In this document: one piece after another, positions 1 through 11,539 of the stretch | Layout of the letters: each line of letters begins with the position of its first letter | How positions within the stretch are numbered: position 1 is the first letter of the stretch | Assembly: GCA_013265495.1 (NCBI GenBank) | Contig: MU057560.1 | Span: 2,294,909 to 2,354,908 of the forward strand | Source: Vicugna vicugna | Taxonomy: Eukaryota | DNA: 60,000 nucleotides | Direction: 5' to 3' | Translations under genes and position numbers: made by a program | The notes under the pieces: model-generated | What the model saw: the letters and a program-made list of their open reading frames with translations, nothing else | What the model was told of the DNA's origin: nothing | Databases searched by the model: none

Positions 1-430
1 CAGGTGCCCAGACCCGCGGTCGGACGTTGTCCTGGGCGTGTCTGTCTGCAGGTGTTCCTGGGTGAGACTGACACTTGGTCAGTGGCCCGAATAAAGCAGG
101 TGGCCCTTCCAGGGTGGGGCCCGCCCCATCCGCTGAGGCTGAATAGAGCCACAGGGGTTAGAAGGGAGAGTTGGTCCCCTCGGCCCGGCTGCCGGGTTGG
201 GACATGGGTCTCCTCCTTCCTTTGGGCTCAGACTCAGAATGGAGCTCACGCCACTGGCTCTCCTGGTTCTAAGGCCTTTGGATTCAGACCGGGACTCGTA
301 CCGTCGGGGCTCCTGGATCACCAGGTAGCCAGCTGGACTTTTCAACCTCCAAAACCATGTCAGTTCAACTCCTTACACACGCGTATCTCGCCTATTGGCT
401 CTGTTTCTCTGGAGAACCCAGACTAGCGCA
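1..430 (+). mobile_element. ERVL solo LTR, MLT2B-like (5' end cut by window edge)
   Basis: Collinear with recalled MLT2B consensus: ggtgcccaga...gtgtctg...gctgaatag...ggctctcctggttct.aggcctttgga..., ending cctattggctctgtttctctggagaacccagactagcgca (consensus ...gactaataca). Confidence 0.85.
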
Positions 431-2345
431 GAAGTGAGCATTTCCCATTTAAAACTTCTAATGACTTGACTGTTTGTGTATAAATAATAATACATATTAT
501 GAAAACAATCAAGTAACATAGATGAGAACAGAAATGAGAGCCAAAAACGTTGCTTAATATCCTCAAATACTATTCTAAGGCTGAGAAAAATATTATGAAA
601 CATTCAATAAGACACTGGAATTACTGTATTTTTAACTCTGTGCTTTAATTTTAGATATCATCGACTGCTGGCTACGAAGGGTGAGAGAATGAACACTCAC
701 AATTCTTGCCAAACTCCCCCCACCCCGAGGCTTGTGTTTATAATGCTATTGTTTTAATATTGTTAAGGCTCCTAACATTTGCAGAATCTCCACAGTTGTT
801 TAATATTACGTTCATAGCTGTGATAAGACCAACAGTATAAATAGTCGTTTGTGAGTGTCTTAAAGATTGTGGAGAAAGAATTTCTTCCTCATTTTCAGGG
901 CAATTTTTCTGTTCGTATTTTACTATCATTTGCAAGCGTTTACTTCTTACGTTCGAGTTTCAAAGGCTGCCTCTGAGCCAGTAAACTGAGTTCCATGCTG
1001 GCTCTGTGAGTAGCGGTGTGTACTATCTGACTACTATTATATTAGATGTGTCGTTATATGCATCGCGATTTCCCCGGAAATCCTTCTGAAGTGATTCATA
1101 TGATTTCCTTGGCTAATTCTGTCAGGTCACTGACTTTTCCATTTTTCTCTTACTCCTTGGAGCGCAGGCTGCCTGCAGTAAGTACATCCACGCGAACCGG
1201 GGAGATGTTCTATTTATTTGGGGAGTGATAACAAGAGCAAGCACCAACTTTCCCACATTGGGCTGCAACAGCACTGCTGTTTTTCCGGGAAATCATCAAA
1301 GGTCACAAGTGGCATTTTACTTGTTAATTTTAACAAAAACACTAGCATCACTGAGGACGCGGTATGATTTGAGCAGACTGTTTCTAAATCTCGGCGCAGT
1401 CTTGACGTCCAGCTCTTTCCGAGCCAGTTAGGAAGGTGTCCAGCTGCAGGTGATGCCCCCGGAGCAGAGGCGTCAGGAAGCAAGGACGTGTCCCCGACAG
1501 AAGGCAGGGGCGGATGCTGTGCGCCTGCGGCAGCGGACCTGCTGGTCCTCCTGGGTCCCGGGTTTTCTGTCGTTATGTTTCCTTTGTCCTCACACTTGTC
1601 CCCGCGTGGTCCCACTTTGGTGCCTGCAGCTTCAGCCGCCTCGGCTGCGTTCTAGGTGTCCGTACGTTGAAGCTTTGTAGTAAGAGTGAATGGTTCAGAC
1701 AAGCACTGCGAGCTTCAGAGGGATGGCACCGCGTGCCCGGATCACAGAGCCGGAGGGCTGCAGAGCTTGTCAGCGACGCCGGATGCGTCTCATTCAAAGC
1801 CCAAGCTCCCCGCTCTACCCCCTGGCTCTGAGGAGCGCGTGTGAGTCCCGGGCTCTCGTCCACGACGTGCAGACTGCGGAAGGGAGGGTGGGCCCAGCGA
1901 GGCAGGGGAGGGCTGGGAAGGACTTCGAGTTCCCCGTGCCCGGCGGGCACTTTCCCTCCTGTGCCGTCTCTCCAGTCTTCCAGCGTGCTCTTGGGTTATT
2001 TGACGAGAGGATGAGTGAGAGCAACAGGAGGAAACTTCTGCTTCTGAGAATTGCTCAGAGAGGGTGGCAGCTCATGGGGTGGGATGTGGGACTGGAGGAG
2101 GCGACCTGTGGGCCACGCACCTTAGGATGCTGGGCTCTGCTGGGTGCTGCATCACAGGTGTGGGCGTCATCGCCTTTCTTGGGGGAGAATTGGAGCCCTT
2201 GTCCTGACTCTCACCCACGCTGTGAGTCAGGGTGTGGCCTGGAGGGGGCTGCGGTTGTGGTCACAGCCAGCGTCACCTGCTCCCCGGGCGCCCAGCCTGC
2301 ACGATGCACCGGCGTGACCTGTACCACCTTGATTAAGCCACGTGG

Positions 2346-2762
2346 TGCACTAGCCAGGGTTCTGCAGGGAAACAGAGCCAGCAGGAGCACCCGTCCACAC
2401 GCCCTGGGTATCTGGAGATGAGGCTGACTCCAAGGAGTTGGCTCGCATGATGGAGGCTGAGAAGTCACTACGTGCTGTCTGCAAGTGTGGGAGCACTGAT
2501 GGCATAAATCCTAGTCCCGGGGCAGGGAGGACCGACGTCCCAGCTCAGGCAGGCAGACGGGGAGCGAGCTCCGCCCTCGCCCAGCTTTGTGCTCCTGCGT
2601 GTCCTCGCCGGGCTGCTGGGTGCCCACCCACAGGGCGAGGACGGGTCTGTGCTCAGTCTGCAGAGTCAGTGCTAGCGTCTCCAGCACACCCCAGGATAAC
2701 GTTAAGCCAGATGTCCAGGCTCGCTGAGGCCCAGTCGAGTTGGTAGAAAACTGGCTGCCGTG
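2346..2762 (-). mobile_element. ERVL solo LTR, MLT2B-like
   Basis: Begins tgcactagccagggttctgcagggaaacagagcc (reverse complement of the MLT2 3' end). Contains ggaggctgagaagtc, gtcccagctca and cacacccaggataacgttaa, and ends near ggcccagtcgagttgg. Confidence 0.8.
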
Positions 2763-3589
2763 CGTGGGTTGGGTCTCTGGTACATGACTCGTGGGTTATT
2801 TTCAGCCCTGACTGGTCAGTCACCATTCACATTATAGCACATTTTCACTCAATTGTCCCATTTAAAAAACAGATATGAATAATCGAAGTTCCTTGAGAAT
2901 GGCTGTTTTTGAGCGTTTGCAGCATACAGATTCTCAGAACACTGGTCTTCCGCTGTAAGTCACGTCTACACGAGGAACACGTACAGCAAGATGACAAGAA
3001 GAAGTGAACTAAACCAGCACGGGGTAGGAGTGAGGACGCTGCAGCCTGGGCTGAGGGGCCAGGCAGGGGCGGGCTTCCTGGGGAAGAGGCTGGCAGCCCA
3101 CACGGGCCCCTTGACCCCGCTGGCCAGAGCAATGGCAGGTGTTCTAATTTTTCAAGACCCAGAGACATTTTTCTTTTCGTATAATCACTTATTTTTTCAA
3201 AACGCTGGGTCCACTAAAAAGTGCTGTGTGGTTTCAGAGCCCATGTCTGTGCACAGCACACAGCTCAAGGGCTCTGGCTGGACACCTCTGTTCCAGGGAA
3301 GGAGGATGGATGGAACTCAGGTCACTAAAATGCTGTTCCTTTCTTGATTCCATATGTGTGCCTGCGCCTTCTGCAAGTGGCTCCCCCACTAAGTTTTGGT
3401 TTTCTCAAGTGTAAGATGAAGCTACTTCCTGCAGCAGACCCGGGCTCTTTAATGGTCCATCCTGTTCGTGGGCATCTAATGCTGGGCATGTCCTGAACTG
3501 AACTCCCCACGTCTTCGCTCAGGCCCACGTGCCTTTCTGTTTCCTCCGTGAGGAGTCACACCCCTCTGTACGCAGGTGCCCAGGCCCTC

Positions 3590-3850
3590 CTGAACTGCAG
3601 TCATCCTCAATGCGGAATATTATCTTCCTTTGCTTCCAAAATACGACCACGTCTTATTAATGCCAGATTCTTGACATCTCTTGAATCTGCCCTTTTCTTT
3701 CTAAATCCACTGCCCCGGCTTCCATCAGAGGCTTCAGGATTTATTTCGCGGGTTATTGACGTTCCCTCCAGTCGGCTCCCTTCCTCCGCTCTCAGTCCAT
3801 CCATCATCGCGTTGCCAGAGTGATCTTCCCAACCTGCACGTTTGGCCAGA
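3590..3850 (+). mobile_element. L2 LINE relic
   Basis: L2-like motifs ttccaaaatac...ccctccagtcggctccc...tccatccatcat...gccagagtgatcttccc. Highly diverged. Confidence 0.5.
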
Positions 3851-5254
3851 CCGTTTCAGAATCCTGCTCACAGGCTGCTCCTCGAGGCCAGGTTGTAGTC
3901 TCAGCACTTAGCAGTTACTCATGACGGTCAGCGACACAGGATGGGTGGGCGAACACACGGACAAAACCGTTCTTTGCTAAATCTCTTATTTTTTGCACAA
4001 AAAATATAATCCACCTCTGGACATTGATTCAGTTGTTAGCTCAAGATACTGATGGCATTTAGGGTTGGATCAGAGGATATCTTGAATTTCTTATTAAACA
4101 ATTTTTAAACTCTGCCTTCAGGCCTAATTCACGTGGCCAAATGTTCAACCTTCGAAAAATAAAAGTTTTGTCACTGTGTACAATTAAGTTATTAAGTAAA
4201 GGAACATATATACGTATGTATTCATGGTATAACCCACATGTGGTCACATGCGTGGCTCATGAGAACCTAGGTTGGTCCTTCTTTGTGCAAAATCTGAATT
4301 CCTTAAGAGATGGACACAAATCAGAGTGGTTTTTGTTTTTGTTTTTTAATTTGGAAATGAGTACCTTGTTATCGGAATATTTTCATAGTGAAATTCCTTG
4401 TCGTGTGGACAATATGTCCTGCATTCCTCTATCTGGGGCTAATTCACACACTGAATTCCCTGAGCCGGGGTGAGGCGGACACATTCCCCAATGCACGGGC
4501 GCTCTCGCGCGGAGAAAGGACTTGCGGGGGCCGCCCTTCCGCGGACTCTGTCTGTCTTGTTCTTCTCAGGCCAAGTCGTACGTGAAATGCGCAGACGTGT
4601 GTTTTATTGCTAATTCCTGTCTTCACTCACTGGCCAGCGCGCTTCCTCATAATGGCCACCCTTCGTGCTACGAAATGTCATCGAGAATGTGCAGTGAAGC
4701 CCTCAGAATTAGCCACTCATACTAATTATAGGTTCCCCCGATGGGTTCATTTAACTTTGACCTGGGGAGGAAAGTCATAAATTCTCATCCACGAACAGGG
4801 AAGGGAGCCCAGGGCTGTGTGTTGTTTATTCACATGTTTCCTCAGAGCTTTCTGGTTCTGCAAACACAGTCTGGTCAGGATTATTTCCTATTATTTGTCT
4901 AGAATCCAAAGGAAGGTGACTTTATTTTGTGGATTTACATGCCATTTCTACAGAATAATCTCTCCTTAAAAATGGATAAAATAGATTGTACTAAACCAGA
5001 AAGGAAATACTAGTTTTGGCTCCCTTTGTAATCCAAGTAGATTGAGGAAAGCCCTGTGGCAAAGCCCTGGGCTCCGTTCTGGAAGGAAGGCGGTGAGGAT
5101 CGCCGTCGGCTGCATCATGGGAGGGAACACAGGCAGAAGGAAGGACCCCGTGCCCGGGGCCCAGGACTCAGCGGAGGGAGAGCGGAGCCTGGGGCGCAGA
5201 GGGGGCACCACGTCTGAGCCAGGGGATTTAGGTCCTGGCCCGGGGCTGCCAGTG

Positions 5255-5420
5255 ACTGGTTAGGTGGCCCTGGGCAAGTCAGTTAGCCTCTGGGAGTCGA
5301 GGTTTTTCAGCTATGAGGGGGGCGGGTAACAATCCACCAGTTCCAGCGAGACTCCGAGGAGAGAGCGAATGCACGTGAGACGGTTTTGAAAACCGAAAGT
5401 GCATGTACAAGTGTCAGGAA
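5255..5420 (+). mobile_element. MIR SINE relic
   Basis: MIR core ggccctgggcaagtcagttagcctctggg...gtttttcagctatgag, with MIR3/MIRc-like tail ttttgaaaaccgaaagtgc. Confidence 0.6.
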
Positions 5421-5759
5421 TTACTATGGGTTTTGAAAAAATCACTGTTGTATTTTTTAAAAACAAGCCCACGTCTGTAACAATGTCACCACGTGCTCGC
5501 CCTTTGTGAGCCTGACTTGCATTTTCCAACAATCAAGAGCACCCTGTGACTTCGGGCGAGCCTCACAGAACCCAGTGACGGAGACGACGTTTGCGCTGAT
5601 TCGGAACCAAGGACCAGCCCAGGGACCCTCCCGTCAGGGATCGCAGTGCTGTGTTTTTCGTTCTTTAAATTGTATCTTTGAACATTTTATTATACTGTCT
5701 GTCAGCTCGGAATCTTAAGCTTCCATAATTAAGGAGACAGCAAGGAACCAGAGCTGTAA

Positions 5760-5845
5760 ATCCATTGTCCATTATGTTATGGCCAGGAAGCCTGAGGCCC
5801 AGAGAGGCTGGGTGACTGAGCCGAGGCTGCAGAGCAAGCAGGGGA
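5760..5845 (-). mobile_element. MIR SINE relic
   Basis: ggaagcctgaggcccagagaggctgggtgactgagccgaggctgcagagc matches the reverse MIR core. Confidence 0.55.
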
Positions 5846-8134
5846 TGTGACAGACTCCCAAACCTTCGCTGAAGTTTCTTCAAATGTTTGTTACTCAAGG
5901 TTTCTTGATTCCAATAAATAAAAATCAACTCTGTATAATTCAAAGAGGAGGTTCACTGAAATGATACAGGGACCCAGGAAACCACCACAGACCCCAAGGG
6001 GCATCTGGCGACTGCAGGGCTGGGGGGTCAGGCCGGGGTGCTGTCTGCTGCCCTGAGTGAATCCCACGTACCCTTCTTTTCAGGGTCCTAGTGCCAGGAA
6101 GGACTCTCTAGTGTGTGAGCCTCGCTCACCGCGTGAAACCTGGCTCAGGGGAGGGGCAGGTGGCCTCCCAGACCAGCTTGGGAGGTGGGCCTATCTACAT
6201 ATGCTAGCGCCCAATTCTATTTACACAATTATGGTGCAATTCTATGACTGAGCACGATTTGTACAATTCTATATATAGATACGTTAATTGGGCATTACTA
6301 TATTAAATGTGGGAATATTACCCGAAGGAGAGGAGACGGGATGTTGAAAAGAAAAATAAAAGGACTAGTGACTGTGCATCGAAGGTCACTTTCTGGATGT
6401 GCAGGAACTGTTTCCCCTCCTGCCTGATGCACGCCAGCCATCGTCATTCCCCCGGGCGCCCGGTCCTCATCTGTTCCGGCATCCGCTCTGCGTGCCTGAT
6501 CTGGGGACGTCTGGTCTCCTGGCTCAGACTGAGGCCCCTCGTAAGAGCTTCCACGCAGGACAGGACTGTCACGTTAACCACGACCGATGCATCTCAGAAA
6601 ATAAAAAGGGAGCGCAGAGGCCGTCGCCGACGGCTCGCGGTGAAGCCGCGTCCCTTGGTCTTTGAGCTCCTCCTTCCTGCGTCGTCTGCTTCTTCCAAGA
6701 CACACCCGGGCCTCGGCTTTTTAGCGGCGACCGGCCTAATCGAACCGTCACGTTTTCATTAACTACTGATCAAACGGTTAGAACCACTGGACTCCTGGGC
6801 GAGGGCCCTGGATCCAGGCCATAGGCAGCACCACAGCGCAGGCAGACATGGCATATGCGTGTGCGTCCGCCCCGCCTTGGCGGCATCTGCCTGCGCGGCC
6901 ACAGTCACTGCGGAGCCCTGGTGACGTGAGCTGACAGCTTTTACTGTTATGCTTGCATTTTAGGGCCCCTCCTCCTGGGCTGGAGCCTGTGCTCGGTTCT
7001 CCAGGGCTGCGGTGGGACCGCGCTTTCATTACAGCTGTGACGTCGGGGACAGGGGTGGGCGTGTGTTCCGTGTGTGGGGGGTGCGGTGGGTGAGGGGTAC
7101 CCGAAGGCCAAAACAGCCCGCTGCTGAGTTAAGGGAGTAGCTGAGAGATACCGTATTCACTCGTTTGTGGAGGCCGTGGTGGCACGTACTCAGGGGCATT
7201 TGAAATCACAACCGTCAGGATGCTACTCACGCTGGGGGCAGCGTGCAAAACCCAGTCTCCCCTGGCAAAACCAGAGGGATAGGCTGTCATTGAAGCCAGC
7301 TTTCCTGGAGGAACTTGGTAAAAGACTGAGTGGATTTGCAAGGAAGCTGGAAACAGTCTGAAGGCTTGTCCCTTCGCAGCGCCCTGTGCCGCTGCCCCGC
7401 ACAGAACTGCTCTGCGCACCTGCCCCTCCTGCTGGACCCTGAGCTGCGAGGGGGCACCCGGGAGGGCGCCCCGTTAACCCCTGCCACCCGCGTGCAGCAG
7501 GGCTCGGGGAAAGGCTGTGACGTCCAATGACCGTCTGGAAAACTTGCTCGTAAAGCCTGGCACGCTTACAGCGTCTTCTAAGTTGAAGTTGTAATCTACT
7601 AACCAGCAAAACCTCTCCCCCAAGTGCCAGGCGTATAGGGTGACAAGCATCAAGGACAAGCCACATTTAAGCTCCAGACTCCTGCGTCCTACTTCATGGC
7701 AAGTGGCAAGTGGCAATCCCAGGCCCCAGCTTATTTTTCTGCATCTGAAGATGTGCTGCCTCCTGTCGCCTCTTCTGGTCTGGAACCACGGGGGAACGTA
7801 CAAGTCTTGAACTTAACAGGGAAGCAAATTATTCGAAAATGAGGTCCTGGCTTAGCACTCTCTCAGGTGGCCCCGGCGGCAGTGTGACGTCCTGGTAACT
7901 GCCTGGAGGGACGGCCTCTGTGACAGACTGAGCCGGCGGCTGGCCATCACGGCCTCGAGTAGCCCCCGTCAGTGACGGGGGTGCTGCTGGCTTCAGCCAA
8001 GCAGAGCAGAGGCAGCCACTCGTGTCTGGGGTCCATTTGTGCCACAATGTAACACTAGGAAACGCGTCTTCGTTCCCCAGGATGCAAAGGGCTGACGGCA
8101 GGCGGCTAACTGCTGTGTCCCTCCTTTGTCCTCC

Positions 8135-8650
8135 TGTCACAGGGAGGGACAAACCTGACCCCCTGTTAGAGCTGTTCCTTAGGCTCTGACCCTGTGCTCC
8201 GTTTCCCGCGCTGAGTCAGGCTCGGTCTGCACCTTTTGTAAAAGAATGCCGCCTGTGGCCTGGAATGTACAGGAGAGCCCCTTCTCGAGGCTCTGACCTT
8301 GACAGGTGTAACACTTTCTCATTCATATAAAGGTAAAAAGTTGCAGAACAGAAAATAACATTTGTCTCGCTGGAGGTTTATAGGAAATCGTGACCTGCCC
8401 CAGGTGGATGGCTGCAAGAACAAAGGATTCCGACACTGAGAAGTTTGCAACAACCAACCACACCCCCTCCCCATTTTAGTATAAAAGGAAGCTGAATTCT
8501 TTCTTGAGGAAGCTGGTTCTCCAGGACGTCAGCCCCCATCTTCTCAGTCTGCTGGCTTTCCAAATAAGGTCATTATTCCTTCCCCAACACCTCATCTCCC
8601 AATTTATTGGCCTGTTGTGCGGCGAGCAAGTAGGTTTGGGATCAGTAACG
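8135..8650 (+). mobile_element. ERV1-like solo LTR (family A, copy 1)
   Basis: Starts TGTCAC and ends ...cagtaaCG (CA changed to CG). TATA-like gtataaaa near 8479, polyA-like aataag near 8563, flanks ctcc/ctct. Homologous to 36995-37452. Confidence 0.85.
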
Positions 8651-9354
8651 CTCTCACCAGCAGGAAAACAGCCGACACACAGAGTGCAGAGGGCTGGCCA
8701 ATTATCCTTTCGTTCTGTCTAGTTACCTCTGTACATTTTTCGAATTTCAGCTTTTGGCTGGTTTTCCTCCCTCACTGAACAAAGCAGGGATGACCTTCCC
8801 CTGAGCCCAACGAGGGACACATTGCTGTTCTTGCCTTCCTCACCAAGCCACTGGGAATCTGCGAGGGCAGGAACGGCGTTCCGCAGATCCCGTCCAGGGC
8901 GAGACTGCCCACCGCATGTGGCCGGCGACTCCGGGAGACCCTGGCAGCAGCCCGGGGCGCCGGGACTCAGCCCGGCTGTGCGAACGGCTTGCGGCGCCAC
9001 CCGGGTATGGAGTCAGCCTGCCTCTGCGTCCTTCTTGCTGTCTGCTGTGTGTCTTAGCCGCCCACACCCGGCACTCGTAGCAGTGCAGTGAGAGGCTCAG
9101 CAGGAGGCCGGGGCCATGTGTCTCCAGAAATGCCTGTGCAGACTCTCGAAGTCTGGCCTTGGAGAGATCAGATGGTCCATAAGTGGATTTGGCTTCAGCA
9201 GGTTTTTCATGTTTATTTTCCTTCATGAGGTTTCAAATGAAGACGTGGAAGGTTGGTGTCTACAGATCATGATTACTTGAGCCTTTTATACTTTAATTAT
9301 TAGGGAGGGAGAATTTTGAGTTTTACTTTTAAAGTAATTGATACACTTAAAAAA

Positions 9355-9742
9355 CCTTTTATTATGAAAAATTTAAACATGCACAAAAGTAGAACGATTA
9401 AATAATAAATAAACAGCCCACCTGCCCAGACTCTTAAGAGTTACCTGCGTTGTGATGATCATGACTCATCTGCTGGTGGAAGGGGTCATGTCTGCAGGTG
9501 GTGCTTATTTTTCCCCCGTGAAAATTAGGTTTCCCTCTTCTGAAATATTTACATGTTAAAGGTTTAAAAAACTCTATCCTTATCTACCTCTTGGCCCAGT
9601 ACGGTGTTTGATGAATTACTGCACCTGTAGATTAGGTCTGAAGTCCAGGACTGTGACGTCTCCAGCTTTGTCCTTCTTCTTCAAGGCTGTCTTTCATGTT
9701 CTCGGCCATTTGCATTTCCCCGTAGGATAAATGCGCCAGTTT

Positions 9743-9780
<38 letters not shown>

Positions 9781-9900
9781 CCCTCTGAGAATGTCGACTG
9801 GGATCACATTGAATTTGCAGATTGATCTGGAGAGAATCAGTACCTTTAAAGTACTGTGTTTAACCCATAAACTTAATATATTTTTTCTTTTATGTAGATA
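9355..9900 (-). mobile_element. Ancient L1 (L1ME-like) 3' end and ORF2 remnants
   Basis: tttattatgaaaaatttaaacatgcacaaaagtaga is an L1ME-type 3' end. tccagctttgtccttcttcttcaag and ttgaatttgcagattgatctggagagaat are antisense ORF2 motifs. Confidence 0.65.
9744..9779 (+). repeat. (CA)18 microsatellite
   Basis: Read directly from the sequence. Confidence 0.97.
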
Positions 9901-9904
9901 CTCA

Positions 9905-11520
9905 TTTTTTTGAGGTAAAATTCACAAAATATACAATTTGCCATCTTAACCATTTTAAAGTACCTAATTCAATTTTGGGGGCACATTTATACTGTTGTGC
10001 AATCATTGTTGCTGTCTAATTCCAGAACATTTTGTCACTGGAAAAGGAACCCTGTCCCCATGGAGCCACGACTGTTCACTCCCCCTCCCCCGCCCCTGCA
10101 ACCACTAACCTTTCTGTCCATAAGGATTTGCCCGTTGTGGACCTTTGTCAGCAGAATCATGCAATACGTGGCCTTTGTGTCTGTCTTCTTTCACTTAGCT
10201 TAGTGTTTCTAAGGTTCATGCATTTTGTAGTGTTCATCAGTGCTTCATCCCTTTTTGTGCCTGAACAGTGTTTTGCTGTATGTATTCGCTCCAATTTTTT
10301 TAATTGAAGTACAGCCAGTTAAAAATATTGTGTCAATTTCTGGAGTACAGCATAATAGTTCAGTCATACATGAATGTACATATATTCACCTTCATATTCT
10401 TTTTAACCATAAGTCACTACAAGATATTGAATATAGGTCCCTGTGCTCTACAGCAGAAACTTGTTGTTTATCTGTTTTATATGTATTAGTATCTGCAAAT
10501 CTCGAACTCCCAATCTATCCCTTCCCATTCCCTTTCCCCCTTGGTAACCACAAGTTTGTTTTTTATGTGTGTGTCTGTTTCTGTTTTGTAAATAAGTTCA
10601 TTTCTTTTTTTTCAGATTGCACATATGAGTGATATCCTATGGTATTTTTCTCTTTCTGGCTCACTTCACTTAGAATGATGATCTCCAGGTCCATCCATGT
10701 TGCTGCAAATGGCATTATTTCATTCTTTTTTATGGCTGAGTAGTATTCCATTGTATAAACATACCACAGCTTCTTTATCCAGTCCTCTGTCGATGGACAC
10801 CACAACTTGTTTTTATCCATTTTTCAGCGGATGGGCATTTGGGCTGCTTCCACTGTTCAGCTGCTGGGCTGTGCTGCTGTTAGCATTTGTGCAGAGTTTT
10901 TGTATGGACACATTTTCATTTCTCTTGGGTATATACCTAGGGGAGGAATTACCCAGTCACATGATAACTCTGTTTAACTTTCTGAGGATCTGCCGAACTG
11001 GTTCCCACAGCGGCTGTTCCGTGAGCACAGGCCCCGCAGTGAGCGGGTCGTCATGCCTGCCCTCGCCGACGCTTCGTTGTCTTCTGGTTTGCATGTAGCT
11101 CTCCTGGTGTGGGTGAAGGGACGTGTCACTGTGGTTTCAGCCTGCACGGCTCTACTGCCTGGGGATACTGGCATCTCTCCACCTGCTTACTGGCCATTTT
11201 CACATATTCTTTGGAGAAATGCCTTTTCAAATTGTTTGCCTATTTTTCATTTAGGTTGTTTGTCTTGATTTCATTGACTGGGCAGCATCCTTGACGCACT
11301 TTGAACACTAGGATCTTGTCACATACGTGACTTGCAAATACGTTCTCACATTCTGTGGGTTGTCTTTGCACTTTCCGACAGTGTCCTTTGATGCACGAAA
11401 GTTTTTAATTTTGGTGAAGTGCAAATTAACAGTTTTTTCTCTTGTTGCTTGTGGTGTCCTATTTAAGAAATCGCTGCTTAATGCAGGGTCACGAAGATGT
11501 GACCTGTGTGACGCCTGAAT
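9905..11520 (-). mobile_element. L1MB-like element (3'UTR plus ORF2 C-terminal remnant), interrupted by a younger L1
   Basis: Poly-T then gaggtaaaattcacaaaatatacaatttgccatcttaaccattttaaag...ttccagaacatttt. Antisense ORF2 motifs cttgggtatatacctagg and tttggagaaatgccttttcaa. Confidence 0.8.
10295..10800 (-). mobile_element. Lineage-specific (camelid-type) 5'-truncated L1
   Basis: ORF 10563..10820(-) gives WIKKLWYVYTMEYYSAIKKNEIMPFAATWMDLEIIILSEVSQKEK, the L1 ORF2 C-terminus. Artiodactyl-type 3'UTR and poly-T at 10295. Confidence 0.9.
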
Positions 11521-11539
11521 TTTTACTCCTCGGGTGGTA

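Noticed and set aside
1690..2421. 243-aa ORF
   Set aside because: No recognisable domain, GC-driven Arg/Gly/Ala composition, and it runs into an MLT2 LTR.
4150..5930. AATAAA signals near 4158 and 5913 as a gene 3' end
   Set aside because: No upstream terminal exon is identifiable, and the hexamer is expected by chance in AT-rich patches.
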